Source: a virus. Taken from it: a stretch of 64,000 nucleotides of DNA. The notes beneath the pieces were generated by a model. The model searched no databases. It saw only the letters and a list, made by a program, of their open reading frames with translations, and was not told the DNA's origin. The position numbers and the translations under genes were made by a program. The DNA lies in the IMG/VR virus record IMGVR_UViG_3300005826_000037, positions 49,645 through 113,644 of that record; one strand, 5' to 3'. Of the stretch, positions 48,412 to 58,879 are shown one piece after another (position 1 is the stretch's first letter; the number at the start of each line of letters is the position of its first letter).

Positions 48412-49082
48412 TGCAAGTTCCTAACAATATTATTTAAAACTTCTCTAATATATCTTGCATCATGATTAAAAAGAACATGTTTTACGAATGTTAATGACTG
48501 TCCCATAGAAGATGATGCAGGCAAGTCTTTAGCAGAAATTTCATTTTCATTCATATCATAAATCTTCTGCCTAACACTCTCTATAGCTCCCTGCCTTCTC
48601 TCTGGACTAATCCTAGTTAGAGTAAATTTTATGATATCAGATAAATACTTTCCTACCAAAATAGGATTACCAAGCTCTGACACCATTGCTTCCTTAAATA
48701 TTGACCTACTTAATTTGATATCATAAATCTTTGAGAATGCAACCAAAGAATTTTGTAAAGCAACAACATCTGGCTTTTGTAAATCTTTTTGCATAGCCTT
48801 ATCAAATTCTTTCTTATATATCTCTAAGAATTCCCTTACTTGTTCTTCAGAACATTGCAATCTTAGCTTTCTTAAAGTGGCAGAAAATGAGAAGTCATCA
48901 ATATCAGTTAAGTCAATAGAGTCTTTTACATCATTATTATCTCTATGTTTAAAATACTCTACATCACGAAGTCTTTTTTCAGCGCCTTTTCTTGAATTAT
49001 AAGTCCCTAAATTTCTTCCATTTTCAGAAAGAACTCTATACTTACCATTAGGGAGTTTAACAATTCTAGCTATTTTTATCAT
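48408..49082 (-). CDS. Hypothetical head-associated protein
   Basis: MIKIA; N-terminal GKYRVLSENGRNLGTY..AEKRLRDVEYFKH small phage domain. Confidence 0.6.
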   Translation of the reverse strand: MIKIARIVKLPNGKYRVLSENGRNLGTYNSRKGAEKRLRDVEYFKHRDNNDVKDSIDLTDIDDFSFSATLRKLRLQCSEEQVREFLEIYKKEFDKAMQKDLQKPDVVALQNSLVAFSKIYDIKLSRSIFKEAMVSELGNPILVGKYLSDIIKFTLTRISPERRQGAIESVRQKIYDMNENEISAKDLPASSSMGQSLTFVKHVLFNHDARYIREVLNNIVRNLQ

Positions 49083-49528
49083 AGTTTACTCATTGTTCTT
49101 AATGCTGTCATAGTATCTCTACTACGAAGAAGCATATGTTCCATTGAACTAATACCATTAACTTCATTGATAGTAACAATAGAATAATCATTTATGAATA
49201 AATGGTGACCAAATTTGATTTTTGATCCACTCTTTTCCTCATCTATATAAGCACAATTAATAACCAAACAGTTATGATAGGCGCCTTCTACTACACCACA
49301 AAATACTGCTGGGTAATCTGTCGAAATTTGATCTGTTGACACATTCTCGTAAGCGTCAGATAAATAAACTTCTACAAGTTTACCATGCAACATATAATTT
49401 ATAAATTCAGCAAAACTTCTTTCATTTCCAGTTTTAGAGAAATCTTCTATAGCTTCATGTATAGTATTATGTTCTGTTGCTGCTTTTATTTGACTAATTA
49501 ATTTTTTACTAGGCATAAGAATCTCCAT
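49079..49528 (-). CDS. Hypothetical protein
   Basis: 149-aa ORF coupled to both neighbours. Confidence 0.6.
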   Translation of the reverse strand: MEILMPSKKLISQIKAATEHNTIHEAIEDFSKTGNERSFAEFINYMLHGKLVEVYLSDAYENVSTDQISTDYPAVFCGVVEGAYHNCLVINCAYIDEEKSGSKIKFGHHLFINDYSIVTINEVNGISSMEHMLLRSRDTMTALRTMSKL

Positions 49529-50721
49529 TACGCTATCTTAAGCATAAACTTTCTATAATTAGATTCGGCTGCTGTTATTGTAATTCTCTTTAATGATGAT
49601 TTTTTGTTAAAAATCACATTTGTATGAATATCTACACCGCCAATCTTTTTAGTAGCTTTTTTAAAGGCTTTTTCAATTGCTTCAGAAAGCGCTCCAACTG
49701 CTGCAATACATTCTTTTTCTGGTCCAGCAATAGCTCCATCTATCTCTACAAAAGATTCATCTGTATGTGTAAATGATGTGGCAGTTAATACCTCTTCTAA
49801 TGCAGAACACATTACTCTAGAAAACTCTATTGCATCAACTGGATCATCAGCGAAAACTTCTATAACAAAATTATTGCTCTTTAAACCATTCTTACATAAC
49901 TTTCTATGGGTATTATTTTCTGACATAATACTCTTTAGAAGATTATTAAGAACATTCATAACACCTCCACCCGACTCTCCAGTCGTAGTATCTGGCTTTG
50001 AACCGAAAAACTCTGAAAAATCTCTGTCCTTAAATTTCTGAATATATTTAGAAAATAAGCCTTTTGCCTCATAATCATCTTCTTTTGAATCAACCTTTGG
50101 CTTAGGCTCTTCGCTCTCTACGTTTCCAGAATAATTAGTATATTTTCTTAAATCATCAATAGCTGCTCTGTATGTACTATCGCTTGATTTTTTTCTCATC
50201 ATCTCCTGAAGATCGCCATAAGTAATAACTCCATCTTTATCCGCATCTAATCCAGAATTACTATCATAGTATGTTTTCTCTAATGCGATATGTTTAGGAG
50301 TATTATCCCATGGTAAATCAACAGATGTAGGATTTTTTCTAACAATAGGTGTGTTAGGTTCCTCATTTTGGACACCAGGCAATTTTAATGCTAAAGGTAA
50401 GAAATTAGAAACATAATATTGAGCTGCAGATTTAAATGGTCCACCATTATACTTCATATTAGAAAGTATTAACTTCTTTATATATTCTAATTGACCATAT
50501 GCTGGTTGATCTTTGAATTCTTGTGCAGTTCCCTCCCAACCAAGATTTTTAAGAAATCTTGGAAGTATTTGTACTAAACCAACAGCCTGCTCAGTCTTAC
50601 CTGCACGTGGGTTTAATCCTGTCTCCATATTCATAACTGTAAGAATATACTCAGGAGGCATTTGAACCTCTCTGGAAACTTCTAACAGTTTCTTATAAAA
50701 TTGCTCACCGAGACCAGCCAT
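49528..50721 (-). CDS. Lytic transglycosylase (SLT/lysozyme-like), probably virion-associated
   Basis: METGLNP (catalytic Glu), AVGLVQI, QLEY, YY..N.GLDADKDGVIT. Confidence 0.75.
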   Translation of the reverse strand: MAGLGEQFYKKLLEVSREVQMPPEYILTVMNMETGLNPRAGKTEQAVGLVQILPRFLKNLGWEGTAQEFKDQPAYGQLEYIKKLILSNMKYNGGPFKSAAQYYVSNFLPLALKLPGVQNEEPNTPIVRKNPTSVDLPWDNTPKHIALEKTYYDSNSGLDADKDGVITYGDLQEMMRKKSSDSTYRAAIDDLRKYTNYSGNVESEEPKPKVDSKEDDYEAKGLFSKYIQKFKDRDFSEFFGSKPDTTTGESGGGVMNVLNNLLKSIMSENNTHRKLCKNGLKSNNFVIEVFADDPVDAIEFSRVMCSALEEVLTATSFTHTDESFVEIDGAIAGPEKECIAAVGALSEAIEKAFKKATKKIGGVDIHTNVIFNKKSSLKRITITAAESNYRKFMLKIA

Positions 50722-50722
50722 A

Positions 50723-52228
50723 TCATACCTCTATAGAAGAAACAATATCCATTAACTTACGATATGTCTCTGGTTCTTTTTCTCTTATTACTTCTGCGTA
50801 TTTTCTAATATATTTAGCCAATACTGATGGGCTTTCAAAAGACAAAGCCTCTAATGATTGTATAAATTGTTCAGATGCGGGTCTAGCTTTTGCAACACCT
50901 CTTCTATGTTCAATTATAGTTGGTTTTGGTGGCTCAAAAGAAATTGGACCTGGCTTAGTTTGTTGCATCAATTCTCTTAATTGTTGCTCTTCTGGTGACA
51001 ATGCACGTCTTGTTTCTGCTGGAGGAGTTCCAAATTGAATTGAAGGATTTTTAGGTGCTGGAGGCATTCTAGTAAGAGGACTGACTGGTTGTCTACGAAG
51101 TGAGTATTCTTCTTGAGACATAGGTATAGTACCTGTAGGACCAACTGCCGCAGGTGTAGCTTCTGGTGCCATAGGCGTTCTCTGTGTTTCTGGAGCTAAC
51201 TCTTCAACTTCTAGAGATCTACTTCCGATTTGCTCTCCACCAAATGGTAATCCTAGTTGATTAGAACTAAAGCCTTCTGGTTCTGTTGGAGGAATTAATG
51301 TGTCTTGAGTAGTAGATGGTACTAATGTATCTGGAACTTCCCTCTTTTCCTCATCAACTTCTTCATTAGCAAGCTCTTTAGAATCTTCTGTTTCTTTAGT
51401 TGGAGCAAAAAGTTCTTGTTTTTCAAGAAACTTTCTAATATGCTCATTATAATAACTCTTAAACTTACTATCAAAAGAGTCAAAAATATTAACTAGATTA
51501 TTAGCTTGAATAACATAATCATCAACATTACGTGTTGCACGATCAGTAGCCATTGTCTTAAGAATTTTTAGTATATTAGTTTCTAGAGCTTTTGCGGCAG
51601 AAATCATAGATTTAGTAGCAGCTTTTAATGCCTTTACTCTTTTAGGGTATCTTTTCTCCCAAATTTCTAATGCCCTAGATCTTTTACTACTAAAGAAATC
51701 AAAAATTCCAGCTTGAATTACTAAGTTGTATTGTGAACTCGCTTCTTTTTCCTTCTTCATGAATTTCTTTTTTAATTCATCAAGATATTTAGCATACTCT
51801 TCACTTCCTTCTTCATATCTTTCAGGAACTAAATCACTAAACAAAAATCTTTCATGAACTGTATCAAGAACAACCTCAAATTCATTAATTAGTTTAGAGA
51901 CCCTCTCTATTACAGTATGTAATTTACCCAAATCAGCAAATGCTTTCATATATTCTTTTTTATCAAGATGCTTCTCTGCATCCTTGATATACTCTTTAAA
52001 ATTAGGAACATCATCAACATCTGCAGCTGGTTTTCCATCTGGTCCAGTAGGAAATTCATCCCCTATCTGTTTTCCTGTTAACTCCGCTCTAATTTGATCA
52101 TCAACCTTACGAAGTTTTTCCATTATACTCTTAAATTCTGGATCAAAAAACTCCTCAAGCTTGCCAGTTGGGCTGACTTTCTCACGAACTCTATTTAAAA
52201 TTCCTCTTTGCTGTGCTGTTTTTTGCAT
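50723..52228 (-). CDS. Helical protein with Pro-rich linker (N-terminal MQKTA)
   Basis: 501 aa; GAGG RBS. Confidence 0.6.
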   Translation of the reverse strand: MQKTAQQRGILNRVREKVSPTGKLEEFFDPEFKSIMEKLRKVDDQIRAELTGKQIGDEFPTGPDGKPAADVDDVPNFKEYIKDAEKHLDKKEYMKAFADLGKLHTVIERVSKLINEFEVVLDTVHERFLFSDLVPERYEEGSEEYAKYLDELKKKFMKKEKEASSQYNLVIQAGIFDFFSSKRSRALEIWEKRYPKRVKALKAATKSMISAAKALETNILKILKTMATDRATRNVDDYVIQANNLVNIFDSFDSKFKSYYNEHIRKFLEKQELFAPTKETEDSKELANEEVDEEKREVPDTLVPSTTQDTLIPPTEPEGFSSNQLGLPFGGEQIGSRSLEVEELAPETQRTPMAPEATPAAVGPTGTIPMSQEEYSLRRQPVSPLTRMPPAPKNPSIQFGTPPAETRRALSPEEQQLRELMQQTKPGPISFEPPKPTIIEHRRGVAKARPASEQFIQSLEALSFESPSVLAKYIRKYAEVIREKEPETYRKLMDIVSSIEV

Positions 52229-52300
52229 AGTAATTCCTCAACCTTGTGCGATTGTAAACAATACAAGATTATACATAAATAGCACTATATGATAATTATA

Positions 52301-54193
52301 TTATGCTGGAGGCGCTGCTGGAGGAGCTGGAGCTTCTGGTGGCGCACCACCACCTTCTCCACCTGGTGCTGGCATGCCTCCTAATTCACCACCTCCTCCG
52401 CCTGGCATTGGAGGTAATCCACCACCTAATCCGCCACCTAAACCACCCATATCACCCATTGGTGCTTCTCCTGGGAGTGGAGGTGCTCCACCTGGACCAC
52501 CTGCGCCACCGGCAACTTCTGATGGCTCTGGGATTTCGTCATCATCATCAAGTGCTCTAAGTTCATTAAGACTCATTGTTGCAAGAGATGCTGCCTCTTG
52601 TTTTGCAATAGCATCATTAATTGCTTCGACTCTCATCATTCTGGTTTCTTCCTCATACTCTAATCCCATTGAGCGATATAATGTGTGCAATGATGCTCTC
52701 TTCTGTTCTGGTCCACCACCTGTCAAAGTAATCAAATTCTGAATATAATCGCCAGCATCAAAAATTGACATATGGTTCCAATCAATTTCAGGAACAATAA
52801 GTTTCTTTTCTCCACCATCATAATCATAAAATCCTTGGATCTTTGAAATAGGAGCAAAAATTTTTCTCTTTAACCATGCAGATAACATATTACGGAATTG
52901 CATATAGCGCTGTCTCAGAACATCAAGAGCCACACCACCATTTGCATACGTAGTATCAGCACCACCATCCATCAATACAGATGGTACCTGTAGACCAACA
53001 TAGATTTCTTTCATTAACTGAGTGATATCACCAGAGATATCATAAATCCCCTGACCATAACCAATTCTCTCAATTGCTACACCCTCATGTGTAAAAATCT
53101 TAAAATCTTTATCATATTGAGCTTCTTCAAAAACATTTCTCCAAGCTTCAATATCAGCAAATGTTGGTTTGTATTGTTCAGATCCAATCTTAACTAATGT
53201 TAATGGATTAATCATATTATCTGCTTGGGCGTATTTTGACTCACGAAGTTTGTCAAAAAGCATAAGCTGTCTAAAAATACAAACAGGAAGACCAGTTCCC
53301 CTAATTTCGTAAGGGCTTATTCTTCTAGCCAAATGAGATACATTAAAATTATCAAGTGGAATATTCTCCCCACGTTTAACAGAATCGATAATCAATTGAT
53401 TTAATTGTTTTCTTTGTTCAATATCAGTAGGTCTATTAGAGAAGATAATCTTTTTTAGATTTTCATCGGGAATAAGCATGATAAGAGGCTCATCTGCAAC
53501 AACAGTTCTCTTAACAACCATATAATCAGGATTTTGGATAAGCAACCTACTCCATTTACCACTGCTCTCATCCAATTCTGCATATACAAAAGACTCGCCC
53601 AAAAGCCAATATTCTTGAGCTATTTGAACGCAGATATTCATAAGATCTGTTTCTTCAATCATATCATTAAAGAAGCGTTCAATTTCTTTATTCTTGCACT
53701 TGATATTTAATTTACTTATTGGATAAGTACTATGCAAATTGATTGCATTATGAACAAATGGATTTAATGCATAAAAACTGCGGCACCAAGCATTAATCGT
53801 AGCCCTATCACGTGGCAAATTAAGATTACTATTAAGCCATAATGGAGAATATACTTCAGGAGTTTGTTTTACAACATCTCCCTCTCCACCACGATGCCCC
53901 CAATTAGATGTTACAACCTGAGCAAATTTATTTACACCTACAGAACAACTAACAATAGAATTTGTTGTTTGTCTATTCTCATTATAAGTTGGTCCAGATC
54001 CATCTTTAAATAGACCTTGCGCAACTTCTTGTGTTAACGTATCTCTTCTTTGTTCTGAGACGCTTTTTGCCATTAATGCGCTGACTTGCGGAACACCCTG
54101 GGCTTTTTGATAACTATTTCTTGAGATCCCGTTTGCAACTATAGAGCTTGCAATTTCAGGAATACCACCATTTAATTTTCTAAATCCGGACAT
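52301..54193 (-). CDS. Portal protein
   Basis: Directly downstream of the terminase; AQEYWLLGESFVY, HLARRISPYEIRG, Gly/Pro-rich C-terminal tail. Confidence 0.8.
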   Translation of the reverse strand: MSGFRKLNGGIPEIASSIVANGISRNSYQKAQGVPQVSALMAKSVSEQRRDTLTQEVAQGLFKDGSGPTYNENRQTTNSIVSCSVGVNKFAQVVTSNWGHRGGEGDVVKQTPEVYSPLWLNSNLNLPRDRATINAWCRSFYALNPFVHNAINLHSTYPISKLNIKCKNKEIERFFNDMIEETDLMNICVQIAQEYWLLGESFVYAELDESSGKWSRLLIQNPDYMVVKRTVVADEPLIMLIPDENLKKIIFSNRPTDIEQRKQLNQLIIDSVKRGENIPLDNFNVSHLARRISPYEIRGTGLPVCIFRQLMLFDKLRESKYAQADNMINPLTLVKIGSEQYKPTFADIEAWRNVFEEAQYDKDFKIFTHEGVAIERIGYGQGIYDISGDITQLMKEIYVGLQVPSVLMDGGADTTYANGGVALDVLRQRYMQFRNMLSAWLKRKIFAPISKIQGFYDYDGGEKKLIVPEIDWNHMSIFDAGDYIQNLITLTGGGPEQKRASLHTLYRSMGLEYEEETRMMRVEAINDAIAKQEAASLATMSLNELRALDDDDEIPEPSEVAGGAGGPGGAPPLPGEAPMGDMGGLGGGLGGGLPPMPGGGGGELGGMPAPGGEGGGAPPEAPAPPAAPPA

Positions 54194-54258
54194 ACTGCCT
54201 CTTTTCCATCATGCATACTCTACTATACTCATTTAATAATATATCAAGAGCTTACAAA

Positions 54259-57192
54259 TTAAAAACGTCTCTGTATAAATCCTGTCATTACTCTTGGTTT
54301 ATTTACATCATCAAAACTTCCTTCTTGAAGAAGTGGATTATTATTTGTAAATCCTTGTGTAATTAAGAACTTATATGCAAGATAAGCATTTAATAAAGCC
54401 ATAAATCCATCATTAGGTGTACTTCCTTTAACATAATGTGCAACAGGATCTGCTCCAGTTTTAGATATTGATGGTTTTATCTCCATACTTGCACAATGTT
54501 CAACAAGCCATGCTATTTTTTCATAATCACCAAATGGAAATCTTATTTGTCCCTTCTTCATTTGTTCATATAACTCTCTAATATAATAATCTCTTTCAAA
54601 AACTATTTCCTTAGGAAATGCTTCTGCATTATATTTTACAAACTTATTAACTTTTGGATGTGCACGAGATACAATATAGCGGTCACCATATGATTTATGA
54701 AGCGTTTCGGAAAAGTCTTGAGAATATCCAATGTCTCCTACTGCCAAATCAACACTATATTGTCTAAGAATTTGATCTATTATACCTTTCTTGCTTTCAA
54801 AATCATTTCTTTTAAACTTTGTAGCAAATTCAATAGACAATAATCCAGGACCTTTTGCAGCCAATACAACAGCAGTACTATATGATTGCCCTCTAACTAC
54901 TGCTTTTTCTGGATTAGCTAGTTGCTCAAGATCTCCTCTCTTACCATAGTCAATTCCAAGAAGAACCATATGTTCATCTTTTGGTGAAATTCTAGATTTA
55001 AACTTTCTACCAATATCACCACAAGCTTCTGCAATCTCATCAGGAGTAATTGGGCTGCTGTCACCTTGATAAAATTCTCCCAATACTTCTGTATTATATA
55101 TTCTATCAGTATTAATTGGGTGCTTACCAGGCATTTCATTATCGATGTCAAGTCTCGTAAACTTAGGCATATATAATTGATTAATGTGAAAACCAATCAT
55201 CTTGCATTCAGGATCATTATGATCTTTAAGAGCTACCCATTTACCTCTATCAGCAGCTGCTAGTTTATCTTGTTCTTTTCCACAATGAGGGCATCTAACT
55301 ATCTTATCGTAAATCCAAATATCTTTCCAATCGTCAGATCCTGGAGTATATAGTGGGAAAAGTTTATCACAACCTTCACATCCCAAATAATAATATTGTT
55401 GTGAAGATGTCATCCACATCTTATAGAAGTCAGAACCTTTACTACGTGGTGTTCCAAAATAAACTTGCACACCCTTTGTTGGTCTTCCATATTTTGCGTT
55501 GGTAAGAATCTTTAATGCATTTCCCATTGCGAGCCCGGTTGTTCTCTGTACCTCATCAAAAAATATGATGTCCGCAGTATTATGTGTTGGAATATATGAT
55601 TTAGTTACAATAAATAAACCATTGTGACTATCTACAGTTATACAACGCATAGGTACAGAATTAATAGGTTTGATGTCAACAATAAATCTATGTGTACTTT
55701 TAGTTGTAAGTATCTGCTTAAGATTTTTTAATTTTCTTTTAAGTCTAAATACCGGTAAATTAGTAATAAACCTAACTCGATACTTATCTTTATATTTTAT
55801 ACCATATCTCCAACTTTCTCGTTTATATATCTTTGCTTTAATACCTAAACTTCTTACTAAATCAAAAACCTGATAAGCTAAATTTTTATCAACTTGAACA
55901 AACTCTACGTTACCATTTTTATCACAATGACCATCACTATCGAGTAGCCCCTGTAATAATGCAAGTCTTTGTTTGATAGAAGATTGCATATATAAATCAG
56001 GGATATGTTTATTATATAATTCATTAAACTTTTTATGACTATTTTTAAGTAAACCAAGTTTACGCAAATCGGACGTTAACCCTTTTACACGATAAGAATT
56101 TGATTTAGATACCCCAAACTTACCACAATGATTAATAGAAGATGGTATAACTCGACTATCAAAACCTTCCAATATTTCTGGATCAGCAGACTCTATTCTT
56201 CCAGAACCATCTCCATCACCAAGCCATAACCCTAATAAATAAGGATCTATAATTAATTTTTTTTCATCATATTGTAATGGTTTACAATTTGGTATGGAAT
56301 GATTTGTCTCCCCAAGATGATGTAGTGTATTTAGTATCTCTTCTGTTGTTTTTATTGATGGATTTGGTGGATTTTGTATTTTTCCTCTTTCAAATTTACT
56401 TAAAGACACGCGATCATTTCTAGTATATGTTAACCATAAATGATCTTTACAAGCATCAACTGTAGTTCCATCATCAAAAAATACCCTATATGAAACAGGG
56501 TTTAAATCAATTGGATGCACTTTAGTAATTTTGCATACCTCTCCATTTTCATCAAATAATTCACTGCCCACTTTAAGATCAATTAATTTTACAAATCCAT
56601 TTGGTGTTGGAATATCTGTATCTAAAGCTAGCATTCTTCCCATCAACCTATCAGCATCAATTCCCGTGGACTCAATCCATAAATGATTTCCTCCAATGAA
56701 TTGTTTAAAATGTAAAGAGTCATTTGTTGGACTTGTTGTGTCCAACAAAGATTGCATATATGACTTTATCTTACCTCCCTTTTTAGCATTAGCATCTTCT
56801 TCTTTAATCAATGATGTGGACATCATTTGATTTAATTTTGTCTTAGAATATGCAGCAGCTAACTCTAACAAAGGAAAAGCATGAATAATTCTTATTGGAG
56901 GTTTTTCTGAAGTACCAAATAATCCTGAACCCATAAAATACATTTCAAGAGCACAAGCCATAGTTGTACCTCCAACCTGGCGTCCCTTAACCATGATTAC
57001 TGGTTTTGATTCTGGCTCTAATGCCTTAAGTCCAATATAACGGTATATATCTGCAAATGGTTTATAACCATTGCCACTTAAACGAAAAGGCTCCCCCTCA
57101 AGAGTGAGATACTTTTCGCAAAACATAACAGGATCAATCCTCATGAGCTGATCCTTAAGCGTATTAAATACGTCTAATCTTGTATCCTTCAT
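54259..57192 (-). CDS. terL: Terminase large subunit (lambda GpA-like), intein-containing
   Basis: Walker A KGRQVGGTT, Walker B IIFFDE, CEGC/CPHC, GFHINQL, nuclease LGIDYG. Confidence 0.9.
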   Translation of the reverse strand: MKDTRLDVFNTLKDQLMRIDPVMFCEKYLTLEGEPFRLSGNGYKPFADIYRYIGLKALEPESKPVIMVKGRQVGGTTMACALEMYFMGSGLFGTSEKPPIRIIHAFPLLELAAAYSKTKLNQMMSTSLIKEEDANAKKGGKIKSYMQSLLDTTSPTNDSLHFKQFIGGNHLWIESTGIDADRLMGRMLALDTDIPTPNGFVKLIDLKVGSELFDENGEVCKITKVHPIDLNPVSYRVFFDDGTTVDACKDHLWLTYTRNDRVSLSKFERGKIQNPPNPSIKTTEEILNTLHHLGETNHSIPNCKPLQYDEKKLIIDPYLLGLWLGDGDGSGRIESADPEILEGFDSRVIPSSINHCGKFGVSKSNSYRVKGLTSDLRKLGLLKNSHKKFNELYNKHIPDLYMQSSIKQRLALLQGLLDSDGHCDKNGNVEFVQVDKNLAYQVFDLVRSLGIKAKIYKRESWRYGIKYKDKYRVRFITNLPVFRLKRKLKNLKQILTTKSTHRFIVDIKPINSVPMRCITVDSHNGLFIVTKSYIPTHNTADIIFFDEVQRTTGLAMGNALKILTNAKYGRPTKGVQVYFGTPRSKGSDFYKMWMTSSQQYYYLGCEGCDKLFPLYTPGSDDWKDIWIYDKIVRCPHCGKEQDKLAAADRGKWVALKDHNDPECKMIGFHINQLYMPKFTRLDIDNEMPGKHPINTDRIYNTEVLGEFYQGDSSPITPDEIAEACGDIGRKFKSRISPKDEHMVLLGIDYGKRGDLEQLANPEKAVVRGQSYSTAVVLAAKGPGLLSIEFATKFKRNDFESKKGIIDQILRQYSVDLAVGDIGYSQDFSETLHKSYGDRYIVSRAHPKVNKFVKYNAEAFPKEIVFERDYYIRELYEQMKKGQIRFPFGDYEKIAWLVEHCASMEIKPSISKTGADPVAHYVKGSTPNDGFMALLNAYLAYKFLITQGFTNNNPLLQEGSFDDVNKPRVMTGFIQRRF
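55579..56634 (-). mobile_element. Class 3 intein (352 aa) with LAGLIDADG endonuclease
   Basis: Starts MLALDTDIPTP, ends IPTHN/T; WCT signature (DHLW, MRCITV, PTHN); LLGLWLGDG and LLQGLLDSDG. Confidence 0.88.
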
Positions 57193-57241
57193 ATATTAAA
57201 TTACCATATATTACCATATGGATACAAAATTATTATTAAAA

Positions 57242-57886
57242 TCAGTGTTTTGCAGGCATCAAAATATGAAATGCATCCATATTTGAAGGGTCTATCTCAT
57301 CATAAGCTGCATCTTCTCTGCGACCAAGATTAGAAAAGTTATCTACAATTGGATTATTTTTCTTTTCTTCAAGATTAACTTTACTAACAAATATTATCAA
57401 ACCATCATCTTCCCAATCTTTTCCATCAGAAATATCACTATGATGAATAGATTTTAGCCTATCAATAATTGCAGGAATAGATAAATTTCCTTTTGTTTCA
57501 GTTACAATATTCTGTAATGTATCTTTTATTGAAGGGAATTTTTTAATGACTACAGGGAGGGACTCAGCTGGCATTTCCTTTTCAATTACATCATTATCAT
57601 CTGATGCTGTCTTTTTTACAGAAGAGTCATCTACTTCTTCTGATTTTTTGATATTATCTAAATATTCAGTTAAACCACTTCTGTCTTGCATATCCTTTAC
57701 CGCAGCTTCAACAGATGGATATTTTGATTTTCCACTTATTATAGAATTCATATATTCATCAACTGATTTTGGTTGAACAGCACCTTTTTCCAATTTCTTT
57801 TGAAATTGTCTTAACCAATGGTCCTCTTCAATACCATTGTCGGCATTTCTAGAAATAATTGGTTGATGTCTAACATATTTTGACAT
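57242..57886 (-). CDS. Hypothetical head-associated protein
   Basis: Start MSKYV with AGGAG RBS; VKKTASDDNDV. Confidence 0.6.
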   Translation of the reverse strand: MSKYVRHQPIISRNADNGIEEDHWLRQFQKKLEKGAVQPKSVDEYMNSIISGKSKYPSVEAAVKDMQDRSGLTEYLDNIKKSEEVDDSSVKKTASDDNDVIEKEMPAESLPVVIKKFPSIKDTLQNIVTETKGNLSIPAIIDRLKSIHHSDISDGKDWEDDGLIIFVSKVNLEEKKNNPIVDNFSNLGRREDAAYDEIDPSNMDAFHILMPAKH

Positions 57887-57887
57887 A

Positions 57888-58817
57888 TTAGCTCCTATAG
57901 TTTGCTGCCCAATCAAAATTATTGCTACTTGAAGGGTCAATCTCTTCACCTGCTAAGAAACCTCTATCTTGACGTAATTTATAACCCATATTATCAAGAA
58001 GTTCTAGTGTCTCAAATTGTTCTCTCTCATTTAGATTGAATTTTTTAACCAATCTATTATAAGTATCTTCAATATCATGACCGCCAGATACCATTCCATT
58101 TATACAAATCTTTGCAATCCTTAGAATAAAAAGAGGAGCTACTGCAACAACACCTTGAACTCCAGTAATTTTCTGTGCCTCTTTACGTAGTGTTGATTCA
58201 CTCTCTGCACTCTTCCTTCTTTTCTTTCCTTTTCTTGACCTTATCTTTTCAAGACGAGCCTCAAGTCTTTCTAAACCATCTTCAATAGTTGATCTAATAT
58301 CTTCAACATTATTAGCATCTAACTCACCACCAAGATCCATCCTCATAGCTTTTGATATTTCATTATCTAATCTATCAAGATAAGATATTGCTCTTTCTAG
58401 CCCTGCAGAATCATAACCTGAATGCTTTGGAACGCTATCAAAACGTTCTTTAACCCAAATTACAAACCCTTCTGGTCCTCTAGATTCCCAATCCCATTTT
58501 GGATCTTTGCTCTTTTTCTTATCCTTTGCATCTAAGTCGTCACCATCAACAACCTCAAGCTCTGGCTCTGGTTCTTCTTGTTCTGGGCTTTCAGGCGCTC
58601 CAGGCAAATCACCAGGAAAGTCAAGAGTGACTTCTAGTGGTTCTTCGCGGTCTTCCACCTCAATTTCATCGGGAACTTCTAGTTTAAATTCTTGTGGTTC
58701 TTCCACAACTTCAAGTTCCTCTTCAGGAAGGTCTAAACCAAGGAAAAAATCCCCCGCCAAATTTTGATCTGGCATTGGATCAAACAAAAAATTCTGTGCT
58801 TTAGATTCTAGTGACAT
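57888..58817 (-). CDS. Hypothetical head-associated protein with acidic N-terminus
   Basis: Start MSLESKAQ with GAGG RBS; RKSA and RKEAQ sites. Confidence 0.6.
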   Translation of the reverse strand: MSLESKAQNFLFDPMPDQNLAGDFFLGLDLPEEELEVVEEPQEFKLEVPDEIEVEDREEPLEVTLDFPGDLPGAPESPEQEEPEPELEVVDGDDLDAKDKKKSKDPKWDWESRGPEGFVIWVKERFDSVPKHSGYDSAGLERAISYLDRLDNEISKAMRMDLGGELDANNVEDIRSTIEDGLERLEARLEKIRSRKGKKRRKSAESESTLRKEAQKITGVQGVVAVAPLFILRIAKICINGMVSGGHDIEDTYNRLVKKFNLNEREQFETLELLDNMGYKLRQDRGFLAGEEIDPSSSNNFDWAANYRS

Positions 58818-58879
58818 CAAGATACCTCTGATATTAGCTTTATCTACCTTATGCATTTATATGTAATAATTACCCGTTG

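Noticed and set aside
52301-52530. GC-rich stretch at the portal 3' end as an RNA element or foreign insert
   Set aside because: It is explained by the Gly/Pro/Ala low-complexity C-terminal tail of the portal protein.
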